IMG/VR virus record: IMGVR_UViG_3300021959_000189 | Coordinates: 1-34,067 of that record | From: a virus | Taxonomy: Duplodnaviria; Caudoviricetes | Length of the DNA: 34,067 bases | Direction: 5' to 3' (one strand) | Part shown: positions 1-6,798 of the stretch, piece after piece | Position numbering within the stretch: the stretch's first letter is position 1 | Layout of the letters: the number at the start of each line of letters is the position of its first letter | Program-made: the position numbers and the translations under genes | Notes under the pieces: model-generated | What the model was told of the DNA's origin: nothing | The model's database searches: none | What the model saw: only the letters and a program-made list of their open reading frames with translations

Positions 1-126
1 AGTCGAGACCGATAACGTAAAAGAGCTATACGACACACTTCCAAAAAATCAACAGCAAAGGTTGCACTATTTACCACCAAGTGCTGACCGCTGGAAAATC
101 AGATCAGAGACATTTACCGGAATAGC
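1..126. repeat. Terminal overlap, left copy; identical to 33914-34039
   Basis: Base-by-base comparison gives 126 identical nt, followed by 28 nt of diverged sequence. This indicates a circular or terminally redundant assembly. Confidence 0.95.
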
Positions 127-157
127 GGAGGCGATGGCCTCACAATGGAGCGTATAA
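2..157 (+). CDS. C-terminal part of the junction-spanning DNA methyltransferase
   Basis: In frame with the 33486 ORF through the terminal overlap; ends ...AMASQWSV then TAA at 155-157. Confidence 0.8.
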   Translation, partial: VETDNVKELYDTLPKNQQQRLHYLPPSADRWKIRSETFTGIAEAMASQWSV

Positions 158-158
158 A

Positions 159-335
159 ATGAGAATGACCACCGAAATTGAAGAAGCATTAAACGCTGTT
201 TGGGAAGCAATGGACTCTCACAGAGAAAATTGCATTTCAGGCGATGAATACACCAAAGAGCGCATAGAGCTAGGAGCACAATTTAACCTGATAGAATCCA
301 CATTAGCGGAACTATGGGAAAAGCAAAATAGCTAG
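159..335 (+). CDS. Small acidic hypothetical protein (58 aa)
   Basis: Hand-translated MRMTTEIEEALNAVWEAMDSHRENCISGDEY...ELWEKQNS*. Starts 1 nt after the methyltransferase stop. Confidence 0.7.
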   Translation: MRMTTEIEEALNAVWEAMDSHRENCISGDEYTKERIELGAQFNLIESTLAELWEKQNS

Positions 336-393
336 GCAAGGGTGATCCTTACACCCTATGAAGCGGGTTGGCCCACCGTGCCGAAAACGGGCC
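335..393 (+). ncRNA. Candidate structured RNA (3-way junction + pseudoknot), copy A
   Basis: P1 GGCA/TGCC, P2 AGGGTG/CACCCT, P3 CGG/CCG; loop GGCCC pairs with downstream GGGCC. Covaries with copy B. Confidence 0.65.
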
Positions 394-397
394 TTCT

Positions 398-424
398 AGC
401 CTCCTTTTTAGGGGGCTTTTTTAT
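398..424 (+). terminator. Intrinsic terminator ending the early operon
   Basis: AGCCTCC-ttttta-GGGGGCT hairpin followed by a T-tract, at the convergence of the + and - operons. Confidence 0.75.
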
Positions 425-472
425 ACCTTGTAGGTAGGTATGGGTTGGCCCCTTAATCGCCTTTAGAGAGCA

Positions 473-820
473 TTACAGGGCGTTTTTTTCGGTGTCTATG
501 AGCCTAGATAAGTACCATTGCGCCTTCTCTAGCGATTCTACGCCCCCTTTCGACTGATAGCGCCACAAATATTTGATCGCGCATGCTTTACAGTGACCGG
601 CAAATGCTTCCTTACTCATACTTGCTTCAATCGCATCTATGCACTCGATCTCACCTTGGTAGTGGGCGGGGTGGTTAACCATATCAGTTTGCGGGGTAGA
701 GCTAGTCGTGGCTTCGCTAGTATTCCCTGCCAAGGCGCTTTTTTCTACTGTAGAAATTGGTCTTGGCTCTATAGCGGGGTGGTTTTGTTGTAGTTCTTTC
801 CACTTAGTCATTTTTATCAC
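473..820 (-). CDS. DUF3310 family protein (T7 gp1.7/SaV-like)
   Basis: Signature DMVNHPAHY...ECIDAI...KYLWRY..KGG.ESLEKAQWYL. Confidence 0.85.
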   Translation of the reverse strand: MIKMTKWKELQQNHPAIEPRPISTVEKSALAGNTSEATTSSTPQTDMVNHPAHYQGEIECIDAIEASMSKEAFAGHCKACAIKYLWRYQSKGGVESLEKAQWYLSRLIDTEKNAL

Positions 821-1577
821 CGTATTTCTTGCGTAAATAATTCAGGCTCACTGGCAACTCGTCGCAACCACCATCTGCCACCTCGTGCAACATCCAGATT
901 CCCCGCCAGGACAGATTAGTTTGCGGGGTAAGATAGTCCTCATGGCCCTGATAAAATATGCCAGCAAACAACCCCATAATATTGGTGCCGTCAGCCCTCC
1001 TGCCATAGGCAATGTCTCGATCCTGGACATGCCCCATGACGCAGGTCTGCATCTTTTTAGTCATCATGCTCCTTGCACTGGCTACTGGTCTGCCCATGAT
1101 GCCTGAAGTGAAGTAATGCGAGTAGCAAATGCCGTCAACAACTGCCACCTCTAGGAAGTCGTAGACCTCCCAGCCCATCTCTTCCAGCTTCAAGTCTTGG
1201 TAGCCAATCAATCCATCTAGCTTGGCATCGCCCTCAATGGCGCGTTGTATCCTGTTCTCATGGTTCCCAAGCGTAAACACCATGCGAGGGTTCCAACGTT
1301 TATGCTTATTGGTGATCAGGCGCTGTTGCTCAGTGCGGATAGGCTCAAGGAATGCCTGCATTGCATCAATCCCTGCCTGTATATCATCAGTGTAGCGTCT
1401 ACCCTCAAAGGATTTCTTGCCAACATCCCATGAAGATAAGCTGGGCATATCAAAGTGGTCGCCAATGTGGACAATAACGTCTGGCTTTTTATCCACCGCG
1501 TACTGTCCAGCCCATTTCAGGTGATCAATCGGGTGGCCAGGTTTGACCTGAGTGTCTGGGATAATGAGATGCTTCAT
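804..1577 (-). CDS. Calcineurin-like metallophosphoesterase
   Basis: Metal-binding motifs PDTQ, GDHFD, GNHE, SH and GHVQ in canonical order. Confidence 0.85.
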   Translation of the reverse strand: MKHLIIPDTQVKPGHPIDHLKWAGQYAVDKKPDVIVHIGDHFDMPSLSSWDVGKKSFEGRRYTDDIQAGIDAMQAFLEPIRTEQQRLITNKHKRWNPRMVFTLGNHENRIQRAIEGDAKLDGLIGYQDLKLEEMGWEVYDFLEVAVVDGICYSHYFTSGIMGRPVASARSMMTKKMQTCVMGHVQDRDIAYGRRADGTNIMGLFAGIFYQGHEDYLTPQTNLSWRGIWMLHEVADGGCDELPVSLNYLRKKYGDKND

Positions 1578-1588
1578 ATTTTCTCCAT

Positions 1589-1612
1589 AAAAAAAGCGCC
1601 ACTAAGGGCGCT
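1589..1612 (-). terminator. Intrinsic terminator
   Basis: On the minus strand, AGCGCC...GGCGCT hairpin followed by a T-tract. Confidence 0.65.
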
Positions 1613-1688
1613 CTAAATCGTCTTTCGCTACTGCGATAAGCCCACAGACCACAAATATTATCATATAAATTAACACTTTACCCACCAC
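1602..1688 (-). CDS. Small membrane peptide (start uncertain)
   Basis: Hydrophobic VLIYMIIFVVCGLIAVA followed by charged KDDLERP. A TTGTGA-16-TATAAT promoter-like sequence lies upstream and a terminator directly downstream. Confidence 0.4.
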   Translation of the reverse strand: MVGKVLIYMIIFVVCGLIAVAKDDLERP

Positions 1689-1771
1689 CCATAACCAATG
1701 AGCCGCCATTATAGAGACTCTGCGTAGGGTCACAAATGTATTAGCATTATTCATTACATGCCTGTCGGTAA

Positions 1772-1829
1772 TGACCCGTTGCCGCCACGGGTGGGTCAAG
1801 CCCGATCACAGGTCGAGGGAGACCTTGGC
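1772..1829 (-). ncRNA. Candidate structured RNA (3-way junction + pseudoknot), copy B
   Basis: P1 GCCA/TGGC, P2 AGGTC/GACCT, P3 CGGG/CCCG; loop TGACCC pairs with downstream GGGTCA. Confidence 0.65.
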
Positions 1830-2137
1830 TAAAACGGAATGTCTTCAGTAATGGGTGCAGCGGTAGGGGCAGCGTTAGACTGTGGTGCTGCTCCATCGGT
1901 ATAAAATACTTTCACATTCCCCAGAATGGGTGGGCGTTCCTCACCAGCCTCTCGCTCTTCTTTACTCTGCGACTGGGCTATGAAGCCATTGTTTTCGTAC
2001 TGATCCTGCTGGTCAGTGTCGATAAACGTGGTCATGTTCAGGTAGGTAGCGGTGCTGCCATCCTTCTTGGTTACTGTATTCATGCGAGACTTGTCGATTT
2101 TGGTCACATCGAGTGACACGGATACACCTATTTTCAT
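1829..2137 (-). CDS. Single-stranded DNA-binding protein
   Basis: Small beta-rich protein with an Ala/Pro linker and acidic C-terminal tip EDIPF; follows the annealase and exonuclease. Confidence 0.75.
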   Translation of the reverse strand: MKIGVSVSLDVTKIDKSRMNTVTKKDGSTATYLNMTTFIDTDQQDQYENNGFIAQSQSKEEREAGEERPPILGNVKVFYTDGAAPQSNAAPTAAPITEDIPF

Positions 2138-2730
2138 GTTAGATTCCTCACTTCGGAAATTATTTCTGATACGGCCAGCAAAACTTCTTTGGCCAATTTG
2201 TCGATGAACTCTTCATCACGCTCAACGCGCACTATAAAGGGTTCTTTCTCAGGGTGGTAACTCACAAAGTCCCACCAATCACGCTCAGTTATCCACATAC
2301 ATCCTTGGACTTGAGCATAATGCTTTGTGGGGCAGACTCCTTTCTCGCTCCACTTGTCATGGTTTCCAGGTGCTGGGCATTTAATCTCAATGCCGCCATC
2401 TTCACCTATTAGGCCATCAGGACTACAGCCAAACTCACCGCTATTATCAAGGATAAACCCTACTTCCTGCACTTCATTGTCAGTGATCAGGGTGTATAGG
2501 TTACGGGCATCAGGCTCAAGTTCATTACCCCTTGTCATCCACTCTGTCACGAATACAGGAGCAGACATACCAGATATGCGCTCAATGATAAGCGAGTTAA
2601 TGTAGTCATCAGCAGAAGCACTCGGCTTGCCATTGGACTTGATTAACTTGTGGAACTGACTGGCGCTAGGTCTGCCTAATCTAGCGTCCAGCCATTCCTG
2701 ACTACCCTGTTCAGCTTGCAGTATTTGCAT
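2134..2730 (-). CDS. YqaJ/lambda-exonuclease family protein
   Basis: Motifs QGSQEWLDARLG..SAS, RGNELEP, CSPDG, EIKCP and YAQVQGCMW. Confidence 0.93.
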   Translation of the reverse strand: MQILQAEQGSQEWLDARLGRPSASQFHKLIKSNGKPSASADDYINSLIIERISGMSAPVFVTEWMTRGNELEPDARNLYTLITDNEVQEVGFILDNSGEFGCSPDGLIGEDGGIEIKCPAPGNHDKWSEKGVCPTKHYAQVQGCMWITERDWWDFVSYHPEKEPFIVRVERDEEFIDKLAKEVLLAVSEIISEVRNLT

Positions 2731-3265
2731 CAGCTTTGCGCTTCAGTGCTGATAATGCCTGATCAAACTGCACCGCCCTCATCTGGTCAACAGTAGAACA
2801 CTTGAATACCTTACAGAACTTCTCAACGTCAGACTCCGTAATCTCTAACAGTGACTTGAGTTGTGCTGCCTGCTTGCTGTCGATAGGCGCATCCTGTACT
2901 GCACTAGGTAAGTCTTCACCAGCGTAGATGTATATACCCAGACCATGCATGGCAATCGCTTTAACTAAACAGCGCATTCTGGCATCAGAAATGTCGCGGG
3001 TGCTAGGGTTAGCGATAGATTTGTTTCTGTTGTCCATTACTGGCAAAAACATACTGTGGGTCTTACCCTCAACAGTCACTGAAACATGCACTTCACAAGT
3101 CTCATTATCCAGAAAGATAGGTGGACAAAAAGCATAGGTCGAATCAGGGTAATGCTCCATCAGTGTCTGCCATGCCCATGCCCACGATAGGTAAGATAGG
3201 TTGCCCTTCTTTTCTACGTTTTTGCTACAGTCGATAGCGGATAAGGTCTTCCATACATTGCTCAT
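2711..3265 (-). CDS. Single-strand annealing protein (DUF1071/Sak-like)
   Basis: Motifs EKKGNLSYLSWAWAW, LPVMDNRN and RCLVKAIAMHGLG.YIYAGEDLP; adjacent to the exonuclease and SSB. Confidence 0.88.
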   Translation of the reverse strand: MSNVWKTLSAIDCSKNVEKKGNLSYLSWAWAWQTLMEHYPDSTYAFCPPIFLDNETCEVHVSVTVEGKTHSMFLPVMDNRNKSIANPSTRDISDARMRCLVKAIAMHGLGIYIYAGEDLPSAVQDAPIDSKQAAQLKSLLEITESDVEKFCKVFKCSTVDQMRAVQFDQALSALKRKADANTAS

Positions 3266-3465
3266 GCCTTCACCTTCCAGATGCGGTAGCCTTTGTCTTC
3301 AGCGCGGCCTACAACTTTAAAGCCTTTGCATCTTCTGATCTGATACCTGAAGCATTCTGCTTGCTGGTTATTTTTTATCAGCACAGAGTCTCCATGCTTC
3401 ATTTTCTTAACAATAGATTTAGCGTCAACAACGCCTGGGATTGGGTAATGCTTATCAATTTTCAT
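3262..3465 (-). CDS. Small basic hypothetical protein
   Basis: AGGAG RBS before MKIDKHYPIPG; ends GYRIWKV; stop overlaps the next gene start. Confidence 0.7.
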   Translation of the reverse strand: MKIDKHYPIPGVVDAKSIVKKMKHGDSVLIKNNQQAECFRYQIRRCKGFKVVGRAEDKGYRIWKVKA

Positions 3466-3467
3466 GG

Positions 3468-3704
3468 TTATTCTCCTAACATTTGCTGTATTGTTTTGAA
3501 GGTAGCGCATTCAGCAGCCGCGTAAGCGTCACCATATCCTCGCTCATACTCCTCAGAGTCATCGAGAGCCTCATAGCCGTGGATGTAGTCGAACTCACCA
3601 CGCTCATAATCAGTCATGCTGTCGAATAATGCTTGCAGGGTATGGTCATTGTCGTCGCACGGAGACCCAGTGCGTTGGGGGGATTCGTAGTTAAACATAA
3701 TCAT
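3468..3704 (-). CDS. Acidic hypothetical protein, first gene of the leftward arm
   Basis: GAGG RBS; repeated YERG motifs; D/E-rich. Confidence 0.7.
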   Translation of the reverse strand: MIMFNYESPQRTGSPCDDNDHTLQALFDSMTDYERGEFDYIHGYEALDDSEEYERGYGDAYAAAECATFKTIQQMLGE

Positions 3705-3727
3705 TCCTCTTTGTGTGTGTGCGATCT

Positions 3728-3791
3728 ATTTTACACAGATTGTTACGAGATGCAAACTTTTCTTGCAAAGTAATTTTAGCATGGTTACTAT
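3728..3791. promoter_or_regulatory. Back-to-back sigma70 promoters with a palindromic operator candidate
   Basis: Rightward TTGCAA(3763)-17-TACTAT(3786); leftward TTGCAT-16-TAAAAT. TGCAA-N7-TTGCA (3751-3767) overlaps both -35 boxes. Confidence 0.6.
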
Positions 3792-3849
3792 GCAACCTCA
3801 CTTTAGGATTTCTAAAGAGGCACTTTAGCTTTCACAACAGGAGAATCAA

Positions 3850-4050
3850 ATGGACATTAATAGATCAATCAATCACTTTATGGAATCTCAACAGTTTATC
3901 CAGGCTGACCTGAGCAGGGAGTCAAAGCTGCACCCTTCTACCATCAGTTTGATTAGGAACGGGCATCGTTCACCAAGCTGCGCGACGTTGCAACAACTGG
4001 CTGACATGTTTGGCGTGAAGGTATCCGAGTTCATCGCGGCTGGTGAGTAA
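3850..4050 (+). CDS. XRE/Cro-like helix-turn-helix regulator
   Basis: QADLSRESKLHPSTISLIRNGHRSPS..TLQQLADMFGV pattern; AGGAG RBS. Confidence 0.9.
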   Translation: MDINRSINHFMESQQFIQADLSRESKLHPSTISLIRNGHRSPSCATLQQLADMFGVKVSEFIAAGE

Positions 4051-4762
4051 GATGGATAAGCCAGCGTACTATGCAATCATCCCAGCGACTGTAAGGTATG
4101 ACAAGCAGTTAACACCGAACGCCAAGTTATTGTTTGGGGAGATTACTGCGCTGTGCCATCAGGAAGGATACTGCTGGGCAGGTAATCAATACTTCGCTGA
4201 TTTGTATGATGTTAGCAAGACATCTATCTCGACGTGGATAGGGAATCTCAAGGATGCTGGACACATTACGGTGGAGATGAACTACAAGGAAGGTAGTAAA
4301 CATATCTTGAATAGGTATATAAGAATTCTTGGGGAGGGTATACAAGATAACTTACATACCCCTACAAGAAAACTTAATGACCCTATACAAGAAAACTTGA
4401 GAGATAATAATACAGTTAATAATACAAAGAATATTACACCTAATACTATAGGTGATTTTGATTCGTTTTGGCGGTTCTATCCAAGGAAAGCAGGGAAGGA
4501 AGCAGCTAGGAAAGCATGGGCAAAGCTGCGACCTAATGAACATATCATGCAGTTGATCGCTGATAACGTGAAAGACAGGGTGGAGAAGGGTGAATGGAGA
4601 AAGGATAACCAGTCATTTATTCTTCATGCTAGTACATATCTTAATCAGAAACGCTGGGAAGATGAAGTAGTTGACCAGCAAAAACAAACACGAACTGACC
4701 CTGAATCTATCAAAGGTGTGTCCGTCATGGACAAGCTGGTAGACAGATCATGGGCTGAATGA
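4043..4762 (+). CDS. Phage replication initiator (lambda O-like architecture)
   Basis: N-terminal wHTH (YYAIIPATVRYD..L...AKLLFGEI), iteron-encoding linker and C-terminal FDSFW..YPRK..K..A / HASTYLNQKRWEDE domain. Confidence 0.85.
   Translation: MSKMDKPAYYAIIPATVRYDKQLTPNAKLLFGEITALCHQEGYCWAGNQYFADLYDVSKTSISTWIGNLKDAGHITVEMNYKEGSKHILNRYIRILGEGIQDNLHTPTRKLNDPIQENLRDNNTVNNTKNITPNTIGDFDSFWRFYPRKAGKEAARKAWAKLRPNEHIMQLIADNVKDRVEKGEWRKDNQSFILHASTYLNQKRWEDEVVDQQKQTRTDPESIKGVSVMDKLVDRSWAE
4341..4450 (+). repeat. Putative replication origin: three iterons plus AT-rich tract
   Basis: TACAAGA(T/A)AACTT at 4341, 4363 and 4386 (22-23 bp period), followed by AATAATACA-type AT-rich repeats. Confidence 0.75.
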
Positions 4763-4771
4763 GGAGTTATT

Positions 4772-5152
4772 ATGAAACAGTCAAATGACTGCATGGGCTA
4801 CCAAAACTATGGCGGCAACAAGAAACACGAAAACCGCAATGCCGTCAAAATTAAATACATCGGCAATGAATCTAAGACTCTGATCAACGGTGAATACTAC
4901 ACCTTCAGACAATTAGGTGACGCTGCTGGTGTTAGCCCTGAAGCTATCAAATCGCGTGTCAACAATGAGATGCATAACTACCCCAAAGGAACGCGGGTAG
5001 CCACTGACAACTGTGTCAGACCTAAGCAGGAAAAACCTTTTGGTTTTGAGAAGGGTGCAACAAAAACGCATAGGGAAATGAGGCTGAAGCTGCCGCGTTG
5101 TGAAGAACCCAGTGAGGCTTTGATGGCTAAGTGGTTGCGGAGGAAGTTGTGA
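4772..5152 (+). CDS. Hypothetical protein with possible HTH
   Basis: TFRQLGDAAGVSPEAIKSRV resembles an HTH; GAGGAG RBS. Confidence 0.6.
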   Translation: MKQSNDCMGYQNYGGNKKHENRNAVKIKYIGNESKTLINGEYYTFRQLGDAAGVSPEAIKSRVNNEMHNYPKGTRVATDNCVRPKQEKPFGFEKGATKTHREMRLKLPRCEEPSEALMAKWLRRKL

Positions 5153-5598
5153 TGGCTGAAGCATATACAGTTAACAGTGAGTTCACTAAAGAAACGTTCA
5201 AAGAGTTTGTCAATGAACTGTATGAGAAGAAGCCATACATTACGTTCACCTATCAACATGGTAAGCCACGCACCGCTGCACAGAACAATGCCATGCACGT
5301 TTTCTGTGAGCAGATAGCAGAGAGATGCAATGCAGCAGGGTATTGGTACACCGTTAGCAGTCAGATATTAAAGTCAGACCTGGACACTCCGTGGACTAAA
5401 GAAAGAGTCAAGAAGCTGATGTGGATGGCTGTTCAACAGGCTATGTACCCTGACACTACGTCTAGCAGAGACTTGACGACTGAGCAAATGATTAAGGTTG
5501 CTGATACACTTGCCGTACACTTGAGTGAAACCCATGACATTTACGTTAAGTTCCCTACAAAGGAAGACATTGATGGCAATAAGACGCGACGCGGCTGA
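5152..5598 (+). CDS. NinB-like recombination protein
   Basis: Motifs KPRT..QN..MH and SSRDLTTEQM; position upstream of the NinG-like gene. Confidence 0.6.
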   Translation: MAEAYTVNSEFTKETFKEFVNELYEKKPYITFTYQHGKPRTAAQNNAMHVFCEQIAERCNAAGYWYTVSSQILKSDLDTPWTKERVKKLMWMAVQQAMYPDTTSSRDLTTEQMIKVADTLAVHLSETHDIYVKFPTKEDIDGNKTRRG

Positions 5599-5962
5599 CA
5601 AATGGTTTAGTGATGTAGTCAGGAAGAAGGCTGGCTACGTTTGTGAACACTGCAACAAGGCTGGGGCCAGGATGGAGTGCGCCCACATTTACGGACGGGC
5701 AGCCAAGTCTGTACGCTGGTCAATGGATAACGCACTGTGCCTTTGCCACTACTGCCACATGAAGTTTACTGCTAACCCCTTTGAGTTTACCGCGTTCTGT
5801 GTAGATACGTTTGGCGCTGGACACATGGAGATGCTTAGAGAGAAGTGGAATGTCCTGATGCCAACAAACAAGAAGCTACGGGCTGAGATAGCCAAACATT
5901 ACAGGGAGGAATTTAAGAAGATGGATTCCGACCCTGACTATCAACCAATAAGTTACAACTGA
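5573..5962 (+). CDS. NinG/Rap-like HNH nuclease
   Basis: ADKWFS.VVR, CxxC, ECAHIYGR..KSVRW..DNA..LCxxCH. Confidence 0.8.
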   Translation: MAIRRDAADKWFSDVVRKKAGYVCEHCNKAGARMECAHIYGRAAKSVRWSMDNALCLCHYCHMKFTANPFEFTAFCVDTFGAGHMEMLREKWNVLMPTNKKLRAEIAKHYREEFKKMDSDPDYQPISYN

Positions 5963-5970
5963 GGTTTGTT

Positions 5971-6240
5971 ATGACAAAAGAAATTGAAAGTGAACAGTTA
6001 AAAATGATGCTGGACATGATTGAAGACTTGGGCATGGAAGACAAGTACAAGGATAGATTCATTGAAATACTAGGGGCTGCTGTCGCCAATCATTCTGGGT
6101 TTGCTCGAAAAGAATTGGGCGTACTCTTAGGTGAGTTGAATAATGAGTACGAAACATTAAAGCTACACCAAGAGCTAGAAAAACAACCGCCAGATGAAGA
6201 ACAATTAGGTTTGCTTAACCCTACGTTTGATGTAGACTAA
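5971..6240 (+). CDS. Acidic hypothetical protein
   Basis: ORF with a GAGG RBS, last in the replication operon. Confidence 0.7.
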   Translation: MTKEIESEQLKMMLDMIEDLGMEDKYKDRFIEILGAAVANHSGFARKELGVLLGELNNEYETLKLHQELEKQPPDEEQLGLLNPTFDVD

Positions 6241-6309
6241 ATGCGTGTAATCAATTCCGGTTACATACAACGTTAATCGTTTTTATCGTTAGATCGGCTT
6301 TTCCTCCTT

Positions 6310-6339
6310 GGCCCTAGCTTATGCTGGGGTCTTTTTTTT
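6310..6339 (+). terminator. Intrinsic terminator
   Basis: GGCCCTAGC-ttat-GCTGGGGTC hairpin followed by T8. Confidence 0.8.
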
Positions 6340-6347
6340 GGTATAAT
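6339..6347 (+). promoter_or_regulatory. Extended -10 promoter (TGgTATAAT), probably giving a leaderless mRNA
   Basis: TATAAT at 6342-6347; ATG at 6354 lies 6 nt downstream; no clear SD. Confidence 0.55.
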
Positions 6348-6353
6348 CACGGG

Positions 6354-6641
6354 ATGAAACAAAAACACAAGAACCCTAAGGGTGGATTAACGCAAGCAGG
6401 CAGAGATCACTTCAAGAAAACAGAAGGGTCTAATCTTAAAGCGCCTGTTAAGAAAGGCACTAACCCACGCAGAGTTAGCTTCGCGGCTCGTTTTGCTGGC
6501 ATGAAAGGCCCGTTAAAAGATGCCAAGGGTGAACCGACTAGGCTACAGTTAGCCCTAAGAGCATGGGGATTTCGCAACAAGGATTCTGCTAAGGCTTTTG
6601 CCAACAAGTACAAGAAAAAACCTAAATCATTAATGAGCTAA
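6354..6641 (+). CDS. Highly basic phage protein (DUF6321-like)
   Basis: Pattern KNPKGGLT..GR..F....G.NLKAPV...NPRR.SF.AR..GMKGP. Confidence 0.7.
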   Translation: MKQKHKNPKGGLTQAGRDHFKKTEGSNLKAPVKKGTNPRRVSFAARFAGMKGPLKDAKGEPTRLQLALRAWGFRNKDSAKAFANKYKKKPKSLMS

Positions 6642-6645
6642 TACT

Positions 6646-6798
6646 ATGCCACAAGGTCTATACGCTAACATACATGCTAAACGTAAGCGCATTGCAGCAG
6701 GGTCTGGAGAGAAGATGCGTAAGCCTGGTGCTGCTGGTGCCCCTACAGCCAAGGCATTTAAGCGATCAAAGAAAACCGCTAAGAGTTTGATGCGTTAA
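6646..6798 (+). CDS. Small basic phage protein (50 aa)
   Basis: Hand-translated MPQGLYANIHAKRKRIAAGSGEKMRKPGAAGAPTAKAFKRSKKTAKSLMR*; below the ORF-track cutoff. Confidence 0.75.
   Translation: MPQGLYANIHAKRKRIAAGSGEKMRKPGAAGAPTAKAFKRSKKTAKSLMR

Noticed and set aside
1-126. True physical direct terminal repeat
   Set aside because: It falls mid-gene and ends in allelic divergence; more likely an assembly overlap.
67-279. Minus-strand 70-aa ORF
   Set aside because: Overlaps the methyltransferase tail and the 159-335 ORF on the coding strand.
352-390. Hammerhead ribozyme reading of CTATGAAG...GAAA
   Set aside because: Lacks the CUGANGA core, and GAAA is not conserved in copy B (GGCAAC).
333-437. 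UAG readthrough extension stimulated by the pseudoknot
   Set aside because: The downstream frames of the two copies share no peptide, copy B stops after 10 codons, and readthrough would bury the SSB DIPF tip.
442-451. Second GGGTTGGCCC 10-mer (also at 365-374)
   Set aside because: Flanking stems and the pseudoknot partner are absent, so it is not a third copy.
6241-6309. Possible tRNA or sRNA in the intergenic gap
   Set aside because: No cloverleaf or TTC loop; only a weak TGTAA/TTACA stem.
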